64,000 nucleotides of DNA from Acidimicrobiia bacterium (lineage in GTDB: Bacteria > Actinomycetota > Acidimicrobiia > Spongiisociales > UBA5794). Positions 18,804 through 28,245 of this stretch are shown here, piece by piece. Under the pieces are notes generated by a model, which worked only from the letters and a program-made list of their open reading frames with translations, had not been told where the DNA came from and searched no databases. Made by a program: the position numbers and the translations under genes. Where the stretch lies: contig DATHUV010000143.1 in NCBI GenBank assembly GCA_035461905.1, positions 1,587 to 65,586 on the forward strand. The letters are read 5' to 3'. Each line of letters starts with the position of its first letter. The stretch's first letter is position 1.

Positions 18804-19619
18804 ATGGTCGGCGGCGTCGTCTCGCAGGGACGGGAGCACTCGTGGTCCTGGCCGCTCGGGGACTGGGATCGGATGTGGCGACCCGAGATGTGGAACCGAC
18901 GTCCGCCGAGCCCGCACCACGCCCATCTGGGGCAAAGCGCCGTGATCCTCGCCCTCGCCCTCTACGCGAACGTGATCGTCAACGAGGTGCTCTCACCGGC
19001 CTGGTACATCCCGTTCAACCTCGGGATATTGGGGGTCGCCATCCTCGTTGCCCGCAGGGCCGGCACCACGTGGACATCGATGGGGATGCGCCCCGACCGC
19101 ATCCGCCGCGGCCTCGAGGTCGGCACGATCGCCGTCGGGGTTGTCATCGTCATCACCATCGTGGCGATGACAACCGAAACGGCAAGGGAGGTCGTCAGGG
19201 ACGAGCGCATCATCGAGAGTTCGGTGTGGTTGTCGATGTTCCACGCCCTCGTCCGCATCCCCCTCGGCACTGCTCTCTACGAGGAGGTTCTGTTCCGAGG
19301 GGTGGTCTTCGGTATGCTCGCCCGTCGCTACACGCCTCTCGCCGCGGCGTTCTGGTCGTCGCTCCTGTTCGGGGTGTGGCACGTGTTGCCTGCCCTCGAT
19401 GCGGTCGCCGCCAACCCTGTGGGCGATCTGGTCTCAGGTGCAGCAGGGATGGGTCTGGCGCTTCTCGGTGCGGTTGTCAGCACCTTCATCGCCGGGCTTG
19501 GCTTCGTCTGGATCCGACTGTACGCCAACAGCATCGTGGCGGCGGTTCTGGCCCACATCGGCACCAACAGCACAGCGATCGTCGCGGCCGTCGTTGTCGT
19601 GCACGTTCTCCCCAGCTGA
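18804..19619 (+). CDS. CPBP (CAAX) family intramembrane metalloprotease
   Basis: Motifs seen: EEVLFRG, FGVWH and a late LAHIGTN. Multi-pass membrane protein. Start is uncertain (in-frame ATGs also at 18873 and 18888). Confidence 0.8.
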   Translation: MVGGVVSQGREHSWSWPLGDWDRMWRPEMWNRRPPSPHHAHLGQSAVILALALYANVIVNEVLSPAWYIPFNLGILGVAILVARRAGTTWTSMGMRPDRIRRGLEVGTIAVGVVIVITIVAMTTETAREVVRDERIIESSVWLSMFHALVRIPLGTALYEEVLFRGVVFGMLARRYTPLAAAFWSSLLFGVWHVLPALDAVAANPVGDLVSGAAGMGLALLGAVVSTFIAGLGFVWIRLYANSIVAAVLAHIGTNSTAIVAAVVVVHVLPS

Positions 19620-19626
19620 GACGGTC

Positions 19627-20976
19627 TCAGGTCGAACCGTTCTCACGATCGGGATCGATCCTGCGTCCCCTCACGGGGTATGCGCCCATGATCGCGGCAC
19701 CGGCGAATGCGGCGATCGGGATGATCCAGTTGACCGTGGCGTCGGTCGTGGCAAGCCCGAAGTATGCGACCGCAGCGGCAGCGCCGGCGAGCAGGAGGAT
19801 GCCGACGATCACCGAGTGGGTGTGTGCCGGTGCCGGTGTGCTGCGTACCCGCCACTCGAACCGTGCGAAGATCGCAACGAGGATCAGGGTCACGATCGTC
19901 AGAACGGCGAGCCAGACCACGCGGGTGAACCACCAGCGCGTCGTACCGGGCTCGATCCGAAACGCAGCTCCGTCGAAGGCGAAGAGGAACACCGACGCGA
20001 CCAGGGTCATCGCCGTGAGGTGCCACAGGTAGATCGTCATGATCACACCGGACACCGCAACGACGGCTCGCCATGGGCGCCGACGATGTGCGAAGCGGCT
20101 GATCGGCGAGGTCGCCGCCCAGATGATCCCGGCCTGGGTGAAACCCAGGAGTGCGATGGCGAACGTGGGAGGTGTCATGTTCGTCAGTTCCGAGCCGGGA
20201 ACCCCGACCATGGCCACTGGATACCAACCGATCCAGGTGACCAGGACCAGTGCGGCGAGAGAGCCGATGCCGACGGCGGCTCCCGTGGAGGGTGGGACAC
20301 CGGTTCCTGTGATCTCACGCGTAGCCCACCAGTAGCCGAGCTGATGGACGCCCGCCCACACGAAGAGGAAGTTCACCCATCCGATACCCGACACGTTCGC
20401 ACCGAAGCGCAGGAGATCGACCGCAACGGCCATCGCGCACAGTGTCGCGAATGACCACGGGCCCCACGATCTCCACCACCGGAACGTCAGGGGTGCCAGC
20501 GCGGTGATCGACACGTACACGGCGATGAACCACAGGGGGACCGTGGCTGACATCGCCCCTGCGCGTACGACATCGGCGGGGATGAAGGGTCCCAGTGCGA
20601 CGATCATCACGGTCCACACGACCAGCAGCGGGATAACGGGTGTGTACAGCCTTCGCACCCGCTGCGTCACCCACTCCGCGTAGACGACGCCACCCGATTC
20701 GCGGGACGCAAGGGCGCGCCCGTTGGAGTAGCCACCGACGAGGAAGAACACCGGCATCACCTGCACGATCCATGTCACCCAGCCCGCATATGGGATCCAT
20801 TCGAGCGAGTTCATCAGTCGGATCTCGTCGTCGGGCGTCAGCCAGATCGAAGCGGCGAGCCAGTGCCCGTAGACGACGATGACGATCGCAGCGGCTCGCA
20901 CGGTGTCGACCACGCGGTTGCGCGTTGGCGGTGTGGCATCGGCGATTCGTTCCGTGTACGCCAGATAGCTGGTCAT
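19627..20976 (-). CDS. Acyltransferase family 3 membrane protein
   Basis: 449 aa with about 10 TM helices. The N-terminal RNRVVDTVRAAAIVIVVYGHW pattern is typical of the acyltransferase-3 family. Confidence 0.8.
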   Translation of the reverse strand: MTSYLAYTERIADATPPTRNRVVDTVRAAAIVIVVYGHWLAASIWLTPDDEIRLMNSLEWIPYAGWVTWIVQVMPVFFLVGGYSNGRALASRESGGVVYAEWVTQRVRRLYTPVIPLLVVWTVMIVALGPFIPADVVRAGAMSATVPLWFIAVYVSITALAPLTFRWWRSWGPWSFATLCAMAVAVDLLRFGANVSGIGWVNFLFVWAGVHQLGYWWATREITGTGVPPSTGAAVGIGSLAALVLVTWIGWYPVAMVGVPGSELTNMTPPTFAIALLGFTQAGIIWAATSPISRFAHRRRPWRAVVAVSGVIMTIYLWHLTAMTLVASVFLFAFDGAAFRIEPGTTRWWFTRVVWLAVLTIVTLILVAIFARFEWRVRSTPAPAHTHSVIVGILLLAGAAAAVAYFGLATTDATVNWIIPIAAFAGAAIMGAYPVRGRRIDPDRENGST

Positions 20977-21098
20977 GGATTCCTCATGCCGAGGGGAACA
21001 CTAGATCCGCGGTCCGCTGGCGGCCGGTCTCCCGCAGCTGACGTCCTCCGCGGGCGCGTTCTACCTACGGACAGCGCGGTGCGGCAGCACGAACAGGT

Positions 21099-22739
21099 CT
21101 ATTCCTCGGGTGGCGGGTCGCACTCGGATGCGCCCGTCTTGGACTGGGCCACTACGCCGTTCTCGACGACGTCGCGCACCTTCCACCGCATCCGCTCGAC
21201 ATCGGGAATCGGATAGTGGGCGGGTGTCCTGCCTGCGGTGTACGTCGGTGGGACGAGGCCGACGGTCGCGATGTCCTGGTAGTCCATCGTACCGGCGATC
21301 CTCACCAGATCCGGGAGGAAGGTGACGGGGATGTCCGTCGTGACGTACTCCTTCATGAGTCGGAGCAGCTTGGGGAAGGTCCTGACGAGGGTCACCGTGT
21401 CGGCCTGGGTCGCGGCTGCCTTGATGACACAACGCTGACGGCCCATGCGTGAGTAGTCGGATGAGCCGATCCTCCACCGTGTGTACGCCAGTGCCTCGAG
21501 GCCGCTGAGCGTGTTCATGCCGGGTTCGACGTGGATCTCGGCCTTCGGTTGACCTTCTTCGGGAGACGACACCTTGACGTGGTACGGATCCTTGACATAG
21601 ACGTCGACACCCCCGATGGCGTCGATCGTCCTGACGAATCCCGCCATCTCGACCATGAAGTAGTAGTCGATCTCGATGTCGAGGAGGTGGCTGACGATGT
21701 CCCTCAGTGCTGCGAGTCCAGGGTCGACCTCCTTCCCGTAGGTGGTCGTCCAGTCCCGTGTCTGGCCGTAGACCTCGTTGAGCATCGCGGGAAAGCATTC
21801 ACAACTCTCGAACTCGGGTTCGTCGGGTATCCCGTCCTCATCGAGGTCGACCCAGGTGTCGGGGAAGCCATCGAGGTCGGCGTCGGTCAGGTCCCGCTCG
21901 ATCACCCTCTCCTCGTACTCGACGAACGCCGTTCGCAGGTGCGGGGGGAGGGGAACGAGCTTCAGATTCCTCGGCAGCCCGAACATGGCTGCAGCGCCCG
22001 TCTCGAGGTCCACTGTCACGACGTTCATCGAGTCGGTTCGCAGACCGTCTCGGCCTGGTCCGGCGTCTCCACCAACCAGCAGGATCGTCAGGCGTTCCAG
22101 GCCGACGCGCTCTGTGAAGGGAACGAACGGAGCAACCGGGGTCGTTGGCGCGCGAATATCGCCGATCGCAGCGATCGCGTCCGGATCCCCGACTCCCGGC
22201 CTGAAGATCATGTTCCGCGACGACCGCGGCTTTGCCTCGGGGATATCGATCAGGGCAGGATCCGGTACTCCGGTCGAATTCCTCGCCACGATGGTCGTCC
22301 GCGTGGTCGTTCCGGGGTCGTCCATCTCCTCACCGCTTGCCATGAACACGGTGTTGAGGGCGGAAATTGCCTGCGATCCATATACCCAACCCATGAGTTG
22401 GGGGATGGCGAGCACTGCGAGCATGGCCGTGAGCGCGATCACCGCTCCATGGGTTCGCGCCCTCGTCCTTGCGACCAACACGTATGCGTCCACGGACGCA
22501 GCGATGCGCCACACGAGGATCGCCGCGTTCGCGAACAGGATTCCCGTGAGGAAACCGGGCTGGACCAGGAGCTCCGCCATGCCGATCGTGCCCCGCGTCC
22601 AGAATGAGTACAGCGCCGTGAGGACCAGCACGCTCGGCGAGAAGGCAATCGCGGCGCGATACGGGTCGCCTGCGTACCACTGCCCGAGGCCGGGGACGAG
22701 CGCGGATAGCGCCCCTGCAAGCAGCGGATGTCTCCGCAT
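21099..22739 (-). CDS. LCP (LytR-CpsA-Psr) family protein with N-terminal membrane domain
   Basis: 546 aa. TM helices at the N-terminus. LCP core LTILLVGGDAGPGRDGLRTDSMNVVTVD..FGLPRN..IDAIGGVDVYV. Confidence 0.8.
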   Translation of the reverse strand: MRRHPLLAGALSALVPGLGQWYAGDPYRAAIAFSPSVLVLTALYSFWTRGTIGMAELLVQPGFLTGILFANAAILVWRIAASVDAYVLVARTRARTHGAVIALTAMLAVLAIPQLMGWVYGSQAISALNTVFMASGEEMDDPGTTTRTTIVARNSTGVPDPALIDIPEAKPRSSRNMIFRPGVGDPDAIAAIGDIRAPTTPVAPFVPFTERVGLERLTILLVGGDAGPGRDGLRTDSMNVVTVDLETGAAAMFGLPRNLKLVPLPPHLRTAFVEYEERVIERDLTDADLDGFPDTWVDLDEDGIPDEPEFESCECFPAMLNEVYGQTRDWTTTYGKEVDPGLAALRDIVSHLLDIEIDYYFMVEMAGFVRTIDAIGGVDVYVKDPYHVKVSSPEEGQPKAEIHVEPGMNTLSGLEALAYTRWRIGSSDYSRMGRQRCVIKAAATQADTVTLVRTFPKLLRLMKEYVTTDIPVTFLPDLVRIAGTMDYQDIATVGLVPPTYTAGRTPAHYPIPDVERMRWKVRDVVENGVVAQSKTGASECDPPPEE

Positions 22740-22885
22740 CGTGCCCCCTCGATGGTTCGGTCGGCCGCCAAGCGTGATCGGTCGTCTGTCGATCTGGACG
22801 ATACCGGCCGGTCCGGATAGCGCATGTGTCTCGACGGCCGGGTCGAACCTGCACCGCCGGGGTCCCGGAGGCGTACGATGGGCAC

Positions 22886-23128
22886 ATGGAAGGTCACGAA
22901 ATCGTCGACATCGAGGCGTTCATCCAGGATGTAACCGGGGTGCTGGAGCGAGTCGAGACGGAGCATGTCTCCATCTCTGTGATCCGGGGCTCGCATGTCG
23001 TCGCCGTCATTTCGCCGGCACCGGTCGCCCAGAAGCTTGCAGAAATCCATCGCACCCTCGAGGAGGGAGCAAGGGATGACTCCTTCTTCCTGGACGTATT
23101 GGGCACACGCAGGCTTCTCGGGCTCTAG
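22886..23128 (+). CDS. Possible Phd/YefM-like antitoxin-fold protein (orphan)
   Basis: Track ORF 22826..23128 trimmed to ATG 22886. IVDIEAFIQDVTGVLERVETEHVSISVIRGSHVVAVISP resembles the Phd/YefM N-terminal fold. No toxin gene follows it. Confidence 0.4.
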   Translation: MEGHEIVDIEAFIQDVTGVLERVETEHVSISVIRGSHVVAVISPAPVAQKLAEIHRTLEEGARDDSFFLDVLGTRRLLGL

Positions 23129-23163
23129 AGAAGCGAGCCCGGGCCACGCTCCAGTTCAGTGCG

Positions 23164-24543
23164 TCACAGTGGCGCGAATCGTGCCGTGAAGTGCCTGAGC
23201 CATGGCGCCTGCTCGACGATGCGGTAGCCGCGCAGGGACGTCGCGTGCGACGCGGCGTCGATGACGACCTCGCCGACGTAGTCGATGTGGCTCTGCGTGT
23301 ACGTCCGGCGCGGGATCGCGAGCCTCACGAGTTCCATCGCGCCCGGGGCGTCCGGGCCACCCGCCGGATCCGGGCGTCCGAACATGACCGTGCCGATCTC
23401 GACACCTCGGACACCTCCCCGGCGGTAGAGGTCGACGGCGAGTGACTGCGCGGGGTATTCATGGCTCGGAATGTGGGGGAGTAGGCCTGCCGCATCGAGG
23501 TACACCGCATGCCCTCCTGGGGGCTGGACGATCGGTACTCCTGCCCCGAGCACTCGATTCGCCAGATACTCCGTTGAACGGATCCTGTACCTGAGGTAGT
23601 TCTCATCGAGGACCTCCTCGAGTCCGATGGCGACGGCCTCGAGGTCGTAGCCGGCAAGCCCGCCGTAGGTCGGGAACCCTTCCGTGAGGATCAGCAGGTT
23701 TCGGGCACTCTGTGCCATGGAAGGGTCGTTCATCGCCAGGAACCCGCCGATGTTCGCCATCCCGTCCTTCTTGGCGGACATGGTGGCCCCGTCCGCGAGG
23801 GAGAACATCTCCTTGGCGATCTCGCGGGGTGTGCGATCGGAGTAGCCGTCCTCGCGCATCTTGATGAACCAGGCGTTCTCGCCGAACCGACATGCGTCGA
23901 GGAACATCGGAATGCCGAACTCGTCGCACACTGCCCGCACGGCTCGCAGATTGGCCATCGAGACAGGCTGCCCACCCCCGGAATTGTTGGTCACGGTGAC
24001 CATCACGAGGGGCACTCGGTCGGGTCCGACGTCGGATATGGTCGCCCGGAGCGCAGCCACATCCATGTTGCCCTTGAACGGAACGATCGCAGAGGGGTCC
24101 ATGCCCTCGGGGATCACGAGGTCCCGTGCCTCGGCTCCGCGGTACTCGACGTTCGCCCTGGTGGTGTCGAAGTGGGTGTTGTTGGGGACGACGTCGCCCC
24201 TGTCGACGGCGACCGAGAAGAGGATCTTCTCAGCGGCGCGTCCCTGGTGGGTCGGGATGACGTGGTCGAAGCCCGTGAGGCCCTTCACGACCTCCTCGAA
24301 GCGATAGAAGGACCGCGATCCCGCATATGACTCGTCGCCGCGCATCATGCCCGCCCACTGCTCGGAGGACATCGCCCCCGTGCCCGAGTCGGTGAGGAGA
24401 TCGATGATGACCTCGTCGGCGTGGAGGCCGAAGAGGTTGTACCCGCTTCGCTCGAGAGCGGCCTCGCGCTGGTCGGCATCAGGGAGATCGATGGCCTGGA
24501 CCGTGTGGATCCGGAACGGCTCGATGATGGTCTCGTACTCCAT
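23164..24543 (-). CDS. Tryptophanase / tyrosine phenol-lyase family beta-eliminating lyase (PLP)
   Basis: Track ORF trimmed to MEYETIIEPFRIHTV (ATG at complement 24541-24543). Motifs seen: DLLTDSGTGAMS, PLP-lysine motif SAKKDGMANIGGFL. 459 aa. I cannot separate TnaA from TPL by eye. Confidence 0.9.
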   Translation of the reverse strand: MEYETIIEPFRIHTVQAIDLPDADQREAALERSGYNLFGLHADEVIIDLLTDSGTGAMSSEQWAGMMRGDESYAGSRSFYRFEEVVKGLTGFDHVIPTHQGRAAEKILFSVAVDRGDVVPNNTHFDTTRANVEYRGAEARDLVIPEGMDPSAIVPFKGNMDVAALRATISDVGPDRVPLVMVTVTNNSGGGQPVSMANLRAVRAVCDEFGIPMFLDACRFGENAWFIKMREDGYSDRTPREIAKEMFSLADGATMSAKKDGMANIGGFLAMNDPSMAQSARNLLILTEGFPTYGGLAGYDLEAVAIGLEEVLDENYLRYRIRSTEYLANRVLGAGVPIVQPPGGHAVYLDAAGLLPHIPSHEYPAQSLAVDLYRRGGVRGVEIGTVMFGRPDPAGGPDAPGAMELVRLAIPRRTYTQSHIDYVGEVVIDAASHATSLRGYRIVEQAPWLRHFTARFAPL

Positions 24544-24609
24544 GGATCCCTTCCGCTGATGTAGAGAGTGTGACACGACGAACGCTGCTGTGCGGCGGAT
24601 CCGATCCGT

Positions 24610-25170
24610 TCAGGTCATGCGCTCGACCATGAGATCGACGGCGACCTCGAAGCTCTGGTCGATGTCGACCGGGAGTCCGAATCCACCCCTCGCCTCGAGC
24701 TCGACGAAACCGAAGAGCATGGCCCGGAGGGCCCGTATCAGGTGGATGGCCTCGGCGTCGGGGAGCCCGTCACCTGCAGCTCCGGAGGCCACGATGGCGA
24801 CGGGGGCAGCCATGGCCTCATAGAGTTCGTCATCCTCCCCTGGCACGGGAGCGGGGAGGAGGGCTGCGTGGAGCCCGGGGTGGTCGACCGCGAATCGGCG
24901 GTACGCCGTGGCGAGCGCCCTGATGCGTGCCGCTCCCTCGACGCCGTCAACGGCACCTTCGAAGTACTCGGTGAGGAGCCCTGCGCTGTGGAGTGCCAGC
25001 GCACGACGGAGGCCCGCGGCGCCTTCGACGTGGTAGTACAGGGACGGTGTTCGGATGCCGAGATCCGCTGCCACCGCACTCGGTGTCGCTGCGTCGAGTC
25101 CATCACGATCGGCGATGCGGGTCGCACACGCGACCACGTCCTCGTAGCCGATCCCCGCTCGTCGTCCCAT
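24610..25170 (-). CDS. TetR/AcrR family transcriptional regulator
   Basis: Track ORF 24610..25542 trimmed to MGRRAGIGYEDVV. The HTH is PSAVAADLGIRTPSLYYHV. 186 aa. Confidence 0.8.
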   Translation of the reverse strand: MGRRAGIGYEDVVACATRIADRDGLDAATPSAVAADLGIRTPSLYYHVEGAAGLRRALALHSAGLLTEYFEGAVDGVEGAARIRALATAYRRFAVDHPGLHAALLPAPVPGEDDELYEAMAAPVAIVASGAAGDGLPDAEAIHLIRALRAMLFGFVELEARGGFGLPVDIDQSFEVAVDLMVERMT

Positions 25171-25181
25171 GGATCCCCCGC

Positions 25182-25628
25182 TCAGGCCGTTCGGCCCGTC
25201 GATCTCTCGGCCCTCGTTCTGAGGGACTCGTTCATGGCGATGAAGCTCGACTCGGTTCGCTTTCGGATCATGGGGACCACGATCGGAGCGAGTAGGCCCG
25301 TGAAGGACTCCGACTGCGTGACCCGGGTACCTGATCCCGTCGATTCCAGATCGAACCGATGCCGACCGTCGAAGACGCCTCGAACGCCGACCGAACCGAG
25401 CCACTCGAAGGTGGTCGGTCCGGTCGCTTCGGTGATGACGGGCTGAAATCGTGATGGCTTCGATCCCGTCATCTGGAGGGTGACCGCAATGGTCGAGCCC
25501 TCCACAACGGATCCCTCGGCGTGGATGATGAAAGGGTTCCAATCAGCGTGACCTTCGAGGTCGGTCAGGATCTGCCACACGTCCTCGATTGGTGCTTCAA
25601 CGTCGATGGATGTACGGATGGACGCCAA
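25182..25628 (-). CDS. SRPBCC domain protein
   Basis: 148 aa. MASIRTSIDVEAPIEDVWQILTDLEGHADWNPF is a canonical SRPBCC N-terminus. Confidence 0.8.
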   Translation of the reverse strand: MASIRTSIDVEAPIEDVWQILTDLEGHADWNPFIIHAEGSVVEGSTIAVTLQMTGSKPSRFQPVITEATGPTTFEWLGSVGVRGVFDGRHRFDLESTGSGTRVTQSESFTGLLAPIVVPMIRKRTESSFIAMNESLRTRAERSTGRTA

Positions 25629-25684
25629 GACTTCTCTCCCTCGTCGGCTGTCGGGAGGAGCTTATCTAATGTCATTAGACACTG

Positions 25685-27307
25685 TCAACCGGGACGGCCG
25701 AGGTCGCTGGTAAGGGAGTCGAGGGTGAGAGGCCAATCGCGGACGGAGGGGAGGCCACTCCCTGGGCCCCTGCCACCGTCATGGCGGCGGATCCACCGGC
25801 GCACGGCAAGCTGGGCGAGGACGTCGTCCTCGTTGTATGCGAGGAGGCGGTCCCGCATGTCGGTCTCGCCAGCGCCGAGCCGCTCGAACCAGATCTCGGA
25901 CTGGAGACCGCCGGGATCGCGATCACGCCACGAGAACCCGCACAACGGGGCGATCGTCTTGAGGGAGAACCCATCCGGCGACACCAGGTGATGACGCGAC
26001 CAAGCGCACAGATCGACGGCGACGTCGGCGAACCAATCGTCGACCGTACCGTACCCGGGGATGTCGAGGCCGTGCGCGGCAGCGGCGGCGGACAGGATCC
26101 GCTGTTCGTAGTCGGTCCAGTGGAACACGACCACATCGTCGTGCGCCCAGGCACCGAAGCGAGCAAACAGTGCTTCGAGGAGCGATCGTTCACCGGCGTC
26201 GCTCGCACCCCAGTCGCAAATCGGCTCGTAGGTCGTCTCCCCGAACTCCGTCACGAGCAGGCCCGCCAGATACGTGCGACCGCCGAACGTCTCGATATCG
26301 AAGTCGACCTCGATGCGCGGACTTGGGAGATCGATTGCGCCGCCCGCTCTATCCGACCGCAGAAGCCGTCCCGTCGTTCGAGCGCGGGCCTGGAAGACCG
26401 TGCCATCCCCCGGGATGCGCTCGTCGCCCGGGTCGAGGTCGGCGATGTCGGCGATGGTGCTGATTCCGGTCGTTCGAAGGCTCGCACGCACCTCCGCATC
26501 GACGTCGCGCAGCAGTGTCGGATCGTCGGCAGCCACGAGCTCGGCCATGCAGGTCGCATTCCAGTCGCAGCTCCTGCACTCGCCTCGCATCCAGGGTGAC
26601 ACGTACGGCGTGTCGGGACGATCCCGCCCGTGGGTGATCGCAGCCAGCGCGCTCGCCACGTAGGTCCTGCACTCCTCGGCGATTGGAGGATCCCCCTGGG
26701 TGAGGTCGACCCAGACGCACACGGTCGTCTGGTCCGTCCCGATCACGCCACCGAGCGGAGCAGCCGTCGAGTACCCCGCGGCTTCGAGGAGATGCCAGTA
26801 GTGCGCGACCTGGAGCAGGTCCCGTCGCCGGAAGGATCGGAACCGAACCGGATCGCCGTCGATTGCCTCCAGCGACGAGAGGGGAGTAGCGGTTCCCTCG
26901 GGTCCGTTCTCGCCTATCACCTTGTGGTTCTTCACGTCGACCGCCGCATAGCCATCTCCCAGGCGGATGAGGATGTCGGGGAGCCCGACGAGGGACCGGT
27001 CATCGGATTCCAATCGTGCGCCGAGGATGAGCGGCGCTCCCCGCTCGAGGGCTTCCAGTGTGGCCAGACGGCCAGGCTCACCCCGTACCTCGACTCGCAC
27101 GACGTCTGTCCTGGCCTCCACGAGTTCTGCCAGGACGTGGGCTTCGTAGTCGACTCCCTTCGACATCGCCCGGTCGCGAACCTCGTCGACGACAGGGACC
27201 GCAGGCGTGAACCGATCGTGATGGATTCGGGTCAGGCATCGGCCGATGTCCGACCCGCCGAGCGACGCCGACCGGAGGATCGCGCTCGGGTGGGATCGAC
27301 TGGTCAT
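25685..27307 (-). CDS. TM0106-type RecB-family nuclease (PD-(D/E)xK + Cys cluster) fused to an RNase-H-like exonuclease domain
   Basis: 540 aa. Nuclease motif GLPDILIR...YAAVDVKNHK. Cys cluster C..(n)..CRSCDWNATC (Cx2Cx5C). The C-terminal half has VDFDIETFGG, FHWTDYE and YNEDDV, as in YprB-like DEDD exonucleases. Confidence 0.7.
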   Translation of the reverse strand: MTSRSHPSAILRSASLGGSDIGRCLTRIHHDRFTPAVPVVDEVRDRAMSKGVDYEAHVLAELVEARTDVVRVEVRGEPGRLATLEALERGAPLILGARLESDDRSLVGLPDILIRLGDGYAAVDVKNHKVIGENGPEGTATPLSSLEAIDGDPVRFRSFRRRDLLQVAHYWHLLEAAGYSTAAPLGGVIGTDQTTVCVWVDLTQGDPPIAEECRTYVASALAAITHGRDRPDTPYVSPWMRGECRSCDWNATCMAELVAADDPTLLRDVDAEVRASLRTTGISTIADIADLDPGDERIPGDGTVFQARARTTGRLLRSDRAGGAIDLPSPRIEVDFDIETFGGRTYLAGLLVTEFGETTYEPICDWGASDAGERSLLEALFARFGAWAHDDVVVFHWTDYEQRILSAAAAAHGLDIPGYGTVDDWFADVAVDLCAWSRHHLVSPDGFSLKTIAPLCGFSWRDRDPGGLQSEIWFERLGAGETDMRDRLLAYNEDDVLAQLAVRRWIRRHDGGRGPGSGLPSVRDWPLTLDSLTSDLGRPG

Positions 27308-27537
27308 GACCCGATTCTCACACCGGGGTGTGACAGAAGCGAAACCGGACCGAACTGGTCACACGAGTTCGATGACCGGGATCGTGCGATCGGTCGTTCA
27401 TGTCGTGCCCCCGCGTCGTGCGTCGCCGTCCACGCCGGTGCGGGACCGGCGAATGATGGCACACGAGACCAGGGTCCCTGACGTGCTCCGGGCGTCGGTG
27501 CGGTCCGCTACCCGGCTCACCACCGTACGATCGCGGT

Positions 27538-28245
27538 ATGTGGCTCGCAGCGATCTCCCTCATCGTCGCCCTCATCGCACCGGCGCCATCGATCACGCCC
27601 GAGTGCTCGATGATCCACGTCATCGGCGCTCGCGGATCGGGCCAATCGAACGGTTTCGGGGATCAGGTGGAACCGGTCGTCAAGTCGATCGTCGCTGTGT
27701 CCACGTCGGTCGGGCTGTCCGCGACATCAGAGGCGCTCGACTACCCGGCGATCTCGATCAGCGACTCACTCGGACTCGCCCTGATCAACGGTGAGTACGA
27801 CGCGAGCGTCCGCGCCGGGGTCAACGAGCTCTGGGCGGCGATCGGGCGGGTATCGCGCGCATGCCCATCGACGGATATCGTCCTCGTCGGCTACTCCCAG
27901 GGTGCCCAGGTGATCAAGACCGCGTTGGCAGGTACGGTGCCGACGCATCGCATCGCAACGGTCGTCCTGCTCGCCGATCCGACGAGGGACCCCGCCCAGA
28001 TCGGCCTCTTCCGCCTCGGTGATCCGACGACCCTCCGGACCGGAGCCTTCGGCGCCATCGCCCTTCCCGACCATGTGAGAACGGTCACCCTCGACGTGTG
28101 CGCCGCCGGCGACGGGATCTGCGAGCGTGGACGTCGCGACTTCCTCGCCCACACCGAGGGGTATCGGGACGCCGCCGGATGGGTGACCTCCATCGTCGAG
28201 CGACGCCTGGATGCGAGGGCACGCTGGGCGCTCGTCCCGCGCTGA
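27538..28245 (+). CDS. Cutinase-family serine esterase
   Basis: 235 aa. Hydrophobic N-terminus, IGARGSG, nucleophile elbow GYSQGA, CAAGDGIC and a late His (FLAHTEGY). Confidence 0.75.
   Translation: MWLAAISLIVALIAPAPSITPECSMIHVIGARGSGQSNGFGDQVEPVVKSIVAVSTSVGLSATSEALDYPAISISDSLGLALINGEYDASVRAGVNELWAAIGRVSRACPSTDIVLVGYSQGAQVIKTALAGTVPTHRIATVVLLADPTRDPAQIGLFRLGDPTTLRTGAFGAIALPDHVRTVTLDVCAAGDGICERGRRDFLAHTEGYRDAAGWVTSIVERRLDARARWALVPR

Noticed and set aside
22826-23128. Type II toxin-antitoxin module
   Set aside because: Only an antitoxin-like ORF can be read. The next 35 nt lead straight into the convergent lyase gene and nothing toxin-like lies upstream. It is reported only as a low-confidence orphan.
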